From a virus (Duplodnaviria > Caudoviricetes), in the IMG/VR virus record IMGVR_UViG_2974636896_000001, positions 1 through 64,000 of that record: DNA of 64,000 nt; one strand, written 5' to 3'. This document shows, one piece after another, positions 38,011 through 45,626 of the stretch (the first letter of the stretch is position 1; the number at the start of each line of letters is the position of its first letter). Position numbers and translations under genes: made by a program. Under the pieces are notes generated by a model. It was not told where the DNA came from and searched no databases. It saw only the letters and a list, made by a program, of their open reading frames with translations.

Positions 38011-38922
38011 ATGACAGACCTCACCAAACTGGTAAAAGATATTGAGACGGGCAATCGTCCTTCCAATGACATTGACATCACTCAATTTTTCATTAAATTA
38101 AGTAATGGTGAATATGTTCCTGATATGAATACACGTATTCAGGTGCGTAATCGAGATCGTGATGTAGATTTTGTTGAGAGAACTGTTAATAAGATTAATA
38201 AAACTGGTGATAGAAGTAACCTTTCTACCCTGACTACTGTATTCTTTCCTAAGACAAATGTAGTAAAACTTCTCAACGGAAACCATACTGCTGAAATTGA
38301 GTTGTTGTTGGGACTGCGAAAAGCACTTGCTAACTCTATCAATTTTGATACAGAGTTGGGTGGTAAAATGTCACTGGCACGGCGTCTTGGTAATCTACTC
38401 AACCGTGAGGAAGTAGAACGCAATTCTACTTCTTCTGATGACGTAAGAGGAGAACTCTATGCAATCATGGACGAACGTATTGCTGAAGGAAAAGATGCAA
38501 AACCTTCAGAAGATGAACTTCAAGAACTAATCGATCTATATCCTTTTGTTAGTCGCTTAACAATTGGGCAATGGATTTCTTATCACGCTCAGGGTGGAAG
38601 CAGACGTTCTCCTTTGAAATCTTACTCAGGAGAAGAACTTAAGCAACAGAAAGAATTTTACACTAAGCAGAGAAAGTATCGTGATTATGTAATCCTGGCA
38701 CCTCGTACACTTGGTGCATGGGAGAGTACAGGAGTTGCACAATCATTCATTCAATGTAAGAATGAAAATAAGACTAAGGTTCTTGTTCCATTCTATTGTG
38801 CTTCTGTTGCAGAGTCTGAAAAACTTGAGAAAGGCGAAGATGTAAAAATTGAAAACTTTTATAGGGAACTTGGTGAACACTTTAATCTTACATTTGAGGT
38901 TGATTTTCTGAGTTGTGAGTGA
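38011..38922 (+). CDS. ParB/Srx-like N-terminal domain protein
   Basis: IQVR, LLNGNHT (GxH nucleotide-binding-like motif), GN.LN. Confidence 0.5.
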   Translation: MTDLTKLVKDIETGNRPSNDIDITQFFIKLSNGEYVPDMNTRIQVRNRDRDVDFVERTVNKINKTGDRSNLSTLTTVFFPKTNVVKLLNGNHTAEIELLLGLRKALANSINFDTELGGKMSLARRLGNLLNREEVERNSTSSDDVRGELYAIMDERIAEGKDAKPSEDELQELIDLYPFVSRLTIGQWISYHAQGGSRRSPLKSYSGEELKQQKEFYTKQRKYRDYVILAPRTLGAWESTGVAQSFIQCKNENKTKVLVPFYCASVAESEKLEKGEDVKIENFYRELGEHFNLTFEVDFLSCE

Positions 38923-38924
38923 CT

Positions 38925-38999
38925 TGTGACAGTCGCTGAACTGGTCTGGACCCCTTGACTGGGGTCCATTTTTATGCCATACTATAAGAGTCAAAGGAA
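38925..38999 (+). promoter_or_regulatory. early promoter repeat copy 6 (subtype A)
   Basis: TGTGACAGT-N6-ACTGGTC, TGGACCCC-TTGACT-GGGGTCCA-TTTTT, TTGACT-17-CATACT, ATAAGAGTCAAAGGAA. Confidence 0.85.
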
Positions 39000-39008
39000 C
39001 GCCATTCA

Positions 39009-40247
39009 ATGCAACTCCGTCCCCACCAGCAACGTGCCTTCGATGCTATGCAGGCGAACGATTGTGGTCAGGTGATCATCCCTACTGGCGGTGGTAAAAC
39101 ATATATTATGATTGCAGATGCTCTGCATCGTGCTGCACAGGGTCAAACCATTGTTGTTGTTGCTCCACGTATCTTGCTTGCTAATCAACTCTGTGAGGAG
39201 TTTATGCAGCACATCAGTGGCACCTGGACGCATGTCTGTCATGCACATAGTGGTGAGACTCACTACTTCAGCAGCACAAAACCTGAGAAGATTGCACTCT
39301 TCAATGATACTGCGCGTGCTGCAAAAGAGTCCTGCATTATATTCACCACCTATCATTCTCTGCACCGCGTTGTAGATAGTGGCATCAATATTGACACTAT
39401 CTATTTTGACGAGGCACACAATGGTTGCGGTCGTCACTTCCACAAAGCAGTATTTGCCACGGCACAGTATGCCAAGCGTCGTTACTATTTCACTGCTACT
39501 CCTAAGAATGGTCGTGGTGTGAGTCTTTCGCGTGGCATGAATAACACCTCTGTTTATGGTCGCACTCTGTGCAATGTTCCTGCTGCTGAGTTGATCGCTG
39601 CTGGTGCAATCGTCCCCCCTAAAGTTGTTGCTTTCGAGACGAATCGCACTCGTAACAAGTACAACGCGCACGAGGTTGATGGTGACAACCTGAAGGATAT
39701 GTTTGAGCAACTCGATGTATTCCAGAATCCTAAAGTTCTGGTGGCAGCACCATCTAGTAAAGTTCTGGGTAACATGCTTGGACAGACTGACATCCTTGAG
39801 TATTTCTATCGCAAGGGATATGACGTGATGCACATCACCAGCAAGTTTGGTGCTATCATCAACGACAAGAAAGTAGGACGCGAAGAGTTCTTCAACACGC
39901 TGCAATCGTGGGGTGCTGATGACTCTAAGAAGTTTGTGATCTTTCACTATTCTATTCTGTCTGAGGGTATCAATGTGCCAGGTCTGACACATACAATCTT
40001 GCTGCGTAATCTGCCCATCGTAGAGATGGCACAGACAATCGGTCGTGTTATCCGTGTGCATCAAGATGACCGCGCTGCTGTTGCTGAGGGTCGCATTCCT
40101 GCTGGTGCGTTTCATCTTTACAAGAAATCTGAGGGCATTGTTACTATGCCAACAGGTTACAAGATGGGCAACGCTATTGCACAAAGATTGCAGAACGTTG
40201 TTAACGCCATCTTCATCGAAGGTATTCCTCCCGTCGCATTCTGCTAA
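39009..40247 (+). CDS. superfamily 2 helicase/ATPase (ResIII/DEAH-like)
   Basis: LRPHQ, PTGGGKT, DEAH, FTATP, EGINVP, QTIGRVIR. Confidence 0.92.
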   Translation: MQLRPHQQRAFDAMQANDCGQVIIPTGGGKTYIMIADALHRAAQGQTIVVVAPRILLANQLCEEFMQHISGTWTHVCHAHSGETHYFSSTKPEKIALFNDTARAAKESCIIFTTYHSLHRVVDSGINIDTIYFDEAHNGCGRHFHKAVFATAQYAKRRYYFTATPKNGRGVSLSRGMNNTSVYGRTLCNVPAAELIAAGAIVPPKVVAFETNRTRNKYNAHEVDGDNLKDMFEQLDVFQNPKVLVAAPSSKVLGNMLGQTDILEYFYRKGYDVMHITSKFGAIINDKKVGREEFFNTLQSWGADDSKKFVIFHYSILSEGINVPGLTHTILLRNLPIVEMAQTIGRVIRVHQDDRAAVAEGRIPAGAFHLYKKSEGIVTMPTGYKMGNAIAQRLQNVVNAIFIEGIPPVAFC

Positions 40248-40435
40248 TGACACCAACAACTGACTCCAACTGGTTTACACATACGTCTGACAAATTGTAT
40301 GACCGACATTATTACACCATCAACAAACAACGATTCGATGATTATGATCAACTCAGACAGTATTGGTGGCAACAAATTATCACCAATCAAACTGTGATTG
40401 TCCATGACTATAAAAAGAAGAAGGGGTTTAGTTAG
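40247..40435 (+). CDS. hypothetical protein
   Basis: coupled start; YDRH.Y, ends KKKGFS. Confidence 0.6.
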   Translation: MTPTTDSNWFTHTSDKLYDRHYYTINKQRFDDYDQLRQYWWQQIITNQTVIVHDYKKKKGFS

Positions 40436-40592
40436 TATCACTTAGTCTTTTTTCCATAACGAGAGCAGCAGGCATGACCAAACACACCTGACAGACAGAA
40501 TTATGGAAAAAACAGGTCTTTGCTCTAGTGGTGGCAAGGGTTTTCGGGCGGATTCGCTTCAAAGGTGACAGCATACCACCAACCAACCCAAA

Positions 40593-40660
40593 CCAGTTGA
40601 CGAACTGGACAAAACCCCTTGCCAAATGCCTCAAAATCTGCAATACTATAAGAGTCAAAG
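40593..40660 (+). promoter_or_regulatory. early promoter repeat copy 7
   Basis: CCAGT-N6-ACTGGAC, TTGCCA-17-AATACT, ATAAGAGTCAAAG. Confidence 0.8.
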
Positions 40661-40671
40661 CAATGCAACCG

Positions 40672-40845
40672 ATGCGAACCATCACCAAAGCACAAGCACT
40701 CCAACAGTTTAAGTACAATTGGATGACAACCAAATCAACAGATAAGGTCGCAAAACGTGAGGCATGGGGCATCTTCACTGATGAACTGTGCCGTGAAGGT
40801 TACATCACCATGAAAAAGTATGAGTCTTGGAGCAACCCTTTTTGA
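40672..40845 (+). CDS. small early protein (paralog of 42942..43109)
   Basis: TKAQAL.QF, D.LC.EG.IT...Y.SW.NPF. Confidence 0.65.
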   Translation: MRTITKAQALQQFKYNWMTTKSTDKVAKREAWGIFTDELCREGYITMKKYESWSNPF

Positions 40846-41060
40846 TGAAGATTGACACAGTTGGTAGAGTCATAGGATCATTTCTTGTGGTCACTGCATA
40901 TTTCATCATCCTACATGTTAACATATCATTAGGGGTGATTATGCAGTTTGTTGGTGATGCTATCTCGGTGCCATTCTTCATCCGTACTAAATCTTGGGAT
41001 GTTGTAATCATGCTCGCGTTCCTGTTAATCATCTCATCTACTAAATTGCTACCAAACTAA
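40845..41060 (+). CDS. small membrane protein
   Basis: three hydrophobic segments; coupled start. Confidence 0.6.
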   Translation: MKIDTVGRVIGSFLVVTAYFIILHVNISLGVIMQFVGDAISVPFFIRTKSWDVVIMLAFLLIISSTKLLPN

Positions 41061-41275
41061 TGTCTTGGGGTCTCATTCCATGGTCCGAATCTATTCACAA
41101 AAAAATGACTTATCGTAAACTATTAGAGCAACTTCAATGCTGTCCTACTGAAACTCTCGATAAACCTGTGATGCTTTATAGTATTGCAAACGATGAGTTT
41201 ATTCCTGCTTACATGACAGATTACACCACTGAAGATACTTCCGCGCATCCTAATCACCTCGTTATTACATACTGA
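41060..41275 (+). CDS. hypothetical protein
   Basis: MTY..LLEQLQ....E.L...V pattern. Confidence 0.55.
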   Translation: MSWGLIPWSESIHKKMTYRKLLEQLQCCPTETLDKPVMLYSIANDEFIPAYMTDYTTEDTSAHPNHLVITY

Positions 41276-41562
41276 TGCTAGAACTTCCATCAGATTTTAT
41301 ACACACACCACCGAAAGGATTTTCTTATCATGTCAAAGAGTATAAGAAGACTATTGTTAGCATTTGGATTCGGAATCACGCTAGGTTTAGTTACACTCAA
41401 GATCCTGTCTTATCCATTTGGGGATTCTACAACATCAAAAAGCGAGAATACTTTGCACCCATCAATTCTAAGCGAGTTGGAGACAAAGTAGACATTAATC
41501 GCACCACTCCATACTCTGCCATGCAACTCAATCTAAGGGGGTTAGAGTTACTTTGGATGTGA
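41275..41562 (+). CDS. hypothetical early protein
   Basis: F.H.PPKG.SY, IWGFY, APINS...G..V....TTPYSAMQ. Confidence 0.7.
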   Translation: MLELPSDFIHTPPKGFSYHVKEYKKTIVSIWIRNHARFSYTQDPVLSIWGFYNIKKREYFAPINSKRVGDKVDINRTTPYSAMQLNLRGLELLWM

Positions 41563-41565
41563 TGG

Positions 41566-41643
41566 GTGTGCCAGTCCCCTAAAGTGGCACACAGGCGCTT
41601 GCAAAGGGGTCTCAGTGCTGTATTATTAAAGAGTCAAAGGAAA
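41566..41643 (+). promoter_or_regulatory. early promoter repeat copy 8
   Basis: GTGTGCCAGT-N7-AGTGGCACAC, TTGCAA, TATTAT, AAGAGTCAAAGGAA. Confidence 0.8.
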
Positions 41644-41652
41644 CGAACCAAA

Positions 41653-41805
41653 ATGCGCTACAGAAACCCAGCAGGTCGCGAGTATTACTTCCCTGAGTCA
41701 ATCTCTCGCGAAGAGGCACTCGAACGCATGGCACAGTATGCAAAGAAAGCAGAACAGAATGAGCGTTCTGGGCAACAACTATTCGACGACATGTTCGGAG
41801 GTTGA
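41653..41805 (+). CDS. small early protein
   Basis: ATG just after the promoter repeat. Confidence 0.55.
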   Translation: MRYRNPAGREYYFPESISREEALERMAQYAKKAEQNERSGQQLFDDMFGG

Positions 41806-41949
41806 TTGATATGAATGACCCTAAAGATGTGACTGATTCTCCTGAAGATTGGGAAGATTTCTGGGAGAATGAGGAACAACATCCTGAAGAAGATGATAAT
41901 CAATTTGTCATCCTTCCAATTGACCCTAACAACATCATTTCTAACTAAC

Positions 41950-42186
41950 ATGTTTGACTCCACTCTTGACCTCTTCACATTCAACGAGACTGACGATCGT
42001 GCTGACATGATTGATACTATGGGAGAGACTTATTTCAAAGCAATGACAACTTGTGCAGCAGATAACCGCAATTTTGATGCAATTGCTTGCTATGAAGAGT
42101 GGGTAGTTGATGGTAAAGACCCTCAAGATGGTGGTGTAGAGATATTCTTCGCTCAAGATCTTACAGCAGAAAGAGAAGAGAATTAA
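41950..42186 (+). CDS. hypothetical early protein
   Basis: start reassigned to ATG after CTAACTAAC; A..EEWVVDG.DP. Confidence 0.55.
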   Translation: MFDSTLDLFTFNETDDRADMIDTMGETYFKAMTTCAADNRNFDAIACYEEWVVDGKDPQDGGVEIFFAQDLTAEREEN

Positions 42187-42193
42187 ACCCCGC

Positions 42194-42265
42194 GTGTGCC
42201 AGTTCCCAAAGAGCACACTATCACTTGCATTCCGCGCCCTAGGGTGCCATACTATAAGAGTCAAA
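42194..42265 (+). promoter_or_regulatory. early promoter repeat copy 9
   Basis: GTGTGCCAGT...GAGCACAC, TTGCAT-17-CATACT, ATAAGAGTCAAA. Confidence 0.8.
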
Positions 42266-42277
42266 CAAACACACCTC

Positions 42278-42550
42278 ATGCAACTCTCAAACTCCGTCTG
42301 TATCGTTGATTTCTTTCCTGAGGCATTCATCGCTGAGTCTGATGACATCAAAGGCATGAAAGTTGTCGTCAAACGTTTCAACAAGCGTGTGACATTCATT
42401 GATAACGGTGCCAAGTCTTACAGCACTGTGACAGCACTCACAGCACGTAATGAGTGGGCAGAGCGTATCGCTAGCGGTGCAACAGTTACTGACTACAACA
42501 CCGACAAAATGCCTCGCTCTGAGTATGCTCCCATGGCATGTGTGGGGTGA
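42278..42550 (+). CDS. hypothetical early protein
   Basis: ATG after the promoter; VDFFP, RF.KRVTF. Confidence 0.65.
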   Translation: MQLSNSVCIVDFFPEAFIAESDDIKGMKVVVKRFNKRVTFIDNGAKSYSTVTALTARNEWAERIASGATVTDYNTDKMPRSEYAPMACVG

Positions 42551-42585
42551 TTCCCCTCACTAACTACAAACTCTTATCTAACATC

Positions 42586-42753
42586 ATGAACGCACAACTT
42601 GACATGTTAATGAGTCGCGAACAGTTGATGGGAGACATTGACTCTATCATCGATGATTTCTTTTATAGCAACTATAATGGAGATGTATCAGAAGCAGAAA
42701 AATTGGTGATGCTTCTATCTGATGCTGTCTGCAAGAACTTTCCCACTAACTAA
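42586..42753 (+). CDS. small early protein
   Basis: REQLM.DID.I, L.DAVCKNFP. Confidence 0.6.
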   Translation: MNAQLDMLMSREQLMGDIDSIIDDFFYSNYNGDVSEAEKLVMLLSDAVCKNFPTN

Positions 42754-42757
42754 CATC

Positions 42758-42937
42758 ATGCCAACTGACTTCCCCATCTACAAGAAACAACTTCCACAAA
42801 TATGGTTGGAGGATGGTAAGTTCATCATCGAATCAGACTCGTTTCGTTATGTTATTGAAGATGATTTGAAACTGTTGTTTAAGTTGTGCAGACGCTTTAA
42901 GTCTGACGCTATCGCCCAAACTTACGCTACTAACTAA
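42758..42937 (+). CDS. small early protein
   Basis: ATG within CTAACTAACATCATG. Confidence 0.55.
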   Translation: MPTDFPIYKKQLPQIWLEDGKFIIESDSFRYVIEDDLKLLFKLCRRFKSDAIAQTYATN

Positions 42938-42941
42938 CATC

Positions 42942-43109
42942 ATGCTCAAAGGTCAAGTTCTCAGAGTCGTCGGACAAACTGCAAAGGGTGTTGATCCTAA
43001 CATGTCACGATTAGACAAATTTCAAGTATTCTGTCGGGTATGTGATGGATTACTCGAAGATGGTAAAATCAGTGCTGCTAAACATTATTCATGGACCAAC
43101 GTATTCTAA
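42942..43109 (+). CDS. small early protein (paralog of 40672..40845)
   Basis: not in the ORF track; MLKGQVLRVVG...KFQVFCRVCDGLLEDGKISAAKHYSWTNVF. Confidence 0.6.
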   Translation: MLKGQVLRVVGQTAKGVDPNMSRLDKFQVFCRVCDGLLEDGKISAAKHYSWTNVF

Positions 43110-43147
43110 CTCTTAACTAACACTCACTCACCTCATTCATTCAAATC

Positions 43148-43435
43148 ATGAACTACACTCTCAAGCAACTTCAAGACAAAGTATCACGAATGATTGAACA
43201 ACAGGGAGAAGATGCAGAATGTGCCGCATGGATTTACACCAAAGAGGACATTTATCGGGTTGATGAAGACGGAGAATTTGATTACTTTGCACTCGACAAT
43301 CCCGAACTAGTTGAACGTGTCTTCGATGATGTTGGCAACATTGATTACATCTATACTGTCATTCAAGAGTGTGTAGATGAAGTCGTAGAAGAGCAAGTTA
43401 TGCAACAACAGCAAGAGTTAGTGGAGGTACAATGA
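43148..43435 (+). CDS. hypothetical early protein
   Basis: TL.QL...V...IEQQGEDA.CAAWIYT.ED. Confidence 0.65.
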   Translation: MNYTLKQLQDKVSRMIEQQGEDAECAAWIYTKEDIYRVDEDGEFDYFALDNPELVERVFDDVGNIDYIYTVIQECVDEVVEEQVMQQQQELVEVQ

Positions 43436-43559
43436 GAGTTACGCAATACTTACTGAGTGGAATCTGTGTTATCATGGGTCTTACTTGCTACCTACTATTC
43501 CTTGCGGAACGTGATAGTAAGATGATGAACTACTACGATTCAACCATTCAAACAACGCC

Positions 43560-43790
43560 ATGAATAAGTATACTAAAGAACAACTAATCGATGCACTCTG
43601 TCGTGAGTGGGACTACCTTTGTCACGATGATCCTGACCCTGATGATGACACTCCCGAAGAATATCGTCTAAAGATGGAGTTACTCACTCTTGAAGAATTG
43701 ATTGAAGAAACATCAACTACTGTCTATTGGTCAAACTGGTCAGGGGATGAAAATTACACACTTGACGAATTCATGGAGAACTGGAACTAA
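43560..43790 (+). CDS. acidic early protein
   Basis: YTKEQLIDAL..EW.YLCHDD.DP. Confidence 0.6.
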   Translation: MNKYTKEQLIDALCREWDYLCHDDPDPDDDTPEEYRLKMELLTLEELIEETSTTVYWSNWSGDENYTLDEFMENWN

Positions 43791-43979
43791 TGGACAAGAT
43801 TGATACACAGGGCATGAGTCTTCCTGGTGATGGTGATACTAACTCAGAACGTGAGTATCCTCCAATGCCAGTAAAGAAGCGCACTATCTTCACTGCCGAG
43901 GAGAGAATAGAACTCAAAGAGATAATTAATGAGGCACTGGATGAGCGTAACGACGCCAGACGCTAACCGCGAGACCTCT

Positions 43980-44048
43980 TGTGCCAGTTGGCGAACTGTA
44001 CCCAAAATCGGGAAAACCCGTTGCAAGGGGCATCAGAACTGCTACAAT
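43980..44048 (+). promoter_or_regulatory. early promoter repeat copy 10 (subtype C, palindrome shifted 11 bp upstream)
   Basis: TGTGCCAGT-N6-ACTGTACCCAAAATCGGG....CCCG, TTGCAA-16-TACAAT. Confidence 0.75.
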
Positions 44049-44075
44049 TGATTCAAGACAAACAAAGGAACCGAC

Positions 44076-44357
44076 ATGACTGCCACCACCACCACCGCAA
44101 ACGAGACCTTTAACGGTTGGGCAAACTACAAGACGTGGAACGCTTCGCTGTGGATTTCAAACGATGAGTTCCTTTACAACACTGCTCGCGCTTGTGTGAC
44201 CTTCGCTGAGGACGGTGAGAGCGTATGGAGCAAGTTTCAACGCTGCATGACTGACGGACAGATCGGACGGATGCTAGGCAAGACTGAGGACGGTGTGGCA
44301 TGGAACGATCCTGAGATTGATGCCGCTGAGATGGAAGAAATGATGCTAGACCTCTGA
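44076..44357 (+). CDS. conserved phage early protein
   Basis: NGWANY.TWN..LWI.NDE.LY, T.DGV.W.D. Confidence 0.7.
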   Translation: MTATTTTANETFNGWANYKTWNASLWISNDEFLYNTARACVTFAEDGESVWSKFQRCMTDGQIGRMLGKTEDGVAWNDPEIDAAEMEEMMLDL

Positions 44358-44365
44358 ACAGAAAA

Positions 44366-44421
44366 CCAGTTGAGACACTGGCACAAGACCCCTAGCAATC
44401 CACCCCAAAATCTGCAATAAT
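44366..44421 (+). promoter_or_regulatory. early promoter repeat copy 11
   Basis: CCAGT-N6-ACTGGCAC, TAGCAA-17-AATAAT; shares CAAAATCTGCAATA with copy 7. Confidence 0.7.
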
Positions 44422-44427
44422 ACAATC

Positions 44428-44646
44428 ATGAACAAAACGAATCAAATGCTTCTCAACAACTCCAAATTCATCGGTGCTCTTCAAGGGTTGCAATCCTTTG
44501 TCATGGAGACAGGTGCCGACGTTGATATGGCGTTTGATTGGGTATGTGACCAGGCACAAATCAACTCTTTTGCAGGTGATTTAGATGCCTTTGATTGCTT
44601 CTACGATGTATTCATGGAAGCATCAGAACCATGTGGACATGCGTGA
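44428..44646 (+). CDS. hypothetical early protein
   Basis: ORF directly after the promoter. Confidence 0.55.
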   Translation: MNKTNQMLLNNSKFIGALQGLQSFVMETGADVDMAFDWVCDQAQINSFAGDLDAFDCFYDVFMEASEPCGHA

Positions 44647-44878
44647 TATCTTCTCTGATTCTTTACAACAACTCTCAAACCTTTCTTTATACAAACCTAT
44701 GACTACTTCAAACCCTTACGTTGATACCCTAATCGAAATGGGTTATGATAGACAAGACATCGAAGTTGCAGGTGCTATGTTTCAAAAACATACGTTCCCA
44801 TGTGTTATCCATGGTCGTTCATTTGACACTGAAGAGCAATACTTTGCTGAACTACATGATTACTTCAATGGCATGTAA
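44639..44878 (+). CDS. hypothetical early protein
   Basis: NPYV.TL.EMGYD..D, FP...HGR.F.TEE.Y; start uncertain. Confidence 0.55.
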   Translation: MRDIFSDSLQQLSNLSLYKPMTTSNPYVDTLIEMGYDRQDIEVAGAMFQKHTFPCVIHGRSFDTEEQYFAELHDYFNGM

Positions 44879-45060
44879 ATGAAGCGTTTATAACACTTTA
44901 ATCGCTTCACATTCTTTACTAAATCTTTTCATCATGCGTATTGCTCTTGCTGCTATCATCGTTATCTGTGGTGCTAACTTACTCATTGAGTTGCTAGATT
45001 CATCGATGATGGATGTTATTAACGAAAGAAACGAAACGATTCAACGCCAAATCGATGCCA

Positions 45061-45130
45061 TGTGACAGTCGGACAACTGTACCCAAAATCGGGGTTTCCC
45101 GTTGCGCCCCCTCCCAAAACTGCTACAATA
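45061..45130 (+). promoter_or_regulatory. early promoter repeat copy 12 (subtype C)
   Basis: TGTGACAGT-N6-ACTGTACCCAAAATCGGG....CCCG, TTGCGC-16-TACAAT. Confidence 0.75.
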
Positions 45131-45174
45131 CAGACAAGCGGGAAACGAAACCGCTAAACCTCTTCTCTCTCATC

Positions 45175-45522
45175 ATGCGTAAGATCGAAACCCAAATGTG
45201 TGCCGCTATTCAGGCAAACATCAACTGGAGTAATGGTAACACTACTGTTCACTTCAACGAAGAATCTGGTGTCTCTATTGTACGTCTTCACGGTAACAAG
45301 ATTGCCGAGGTTTCTGACAACGACATGACAATCTTCGATGGCGGTTGGCAGACAACAACAACTAAATCACGATTGAACGCACTATGTGATTACTTCTGTA
45401 TTGCTGGTGAAGGTGTATTCCAAAAGAATTACAAATGGTTTGTTCGTAAGTTCACTGGACAATTGGGTGACAAAAAAGTATTCACGACAGAAGATTTCAA
45501 CAACGGTTATATCTTCGCATGA
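45175..45522 (+). CDS. conserved cyanophage early protein
   Basis: MRKIE.QM..AI, V.LHGN.IA, DGGWQ..TTKSRLNA, VFQK...WF. Confidence 0.75.
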   Translation: MRKIETQMCAAIQANINWSNGNTTVHFNEESGVSIVRLHGNKIAEVSDNDMTIFDGGWQTTTTKSRLNALCDYFCIAGEGVFQKNYKWFVRKFTGQLGDKKVFTTEDFNNGYIFA

Positions 45523-45626
45523 TTAAAACTAAGAAAGAGTGGGCATCAATCTATGCCCGCTTCTATACTATTGTCCTCGTACTTATCATTCTATAAATCA
45601 TTAGTACATCATACTAATTGTTATCG

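Noticed and set aside
39006-40259. 417-aa antisense ORF spanning the helicase
   Set aside because: It mirrors the helicase codon for codon. The sense gene's codon bias (few TTA/CTA/TCA codons) explains the absence of stops, and the translation shows no recognisable motif.
33974-45130. Repeated elements as a CRISPR array or integron attC sites
   Set aside because: Spacing is gene-sized and irregular, the repeats contain -35/-10 boxes, and no cas or integrase gene is in the window.
36603-45500. GATC avoidance in the early region as evidence for restriction
   Set aside because: GATC sites are readily found (for example near 37130, 37489, 38155, 38533 and 39074); no depletion can be claimed without counting.
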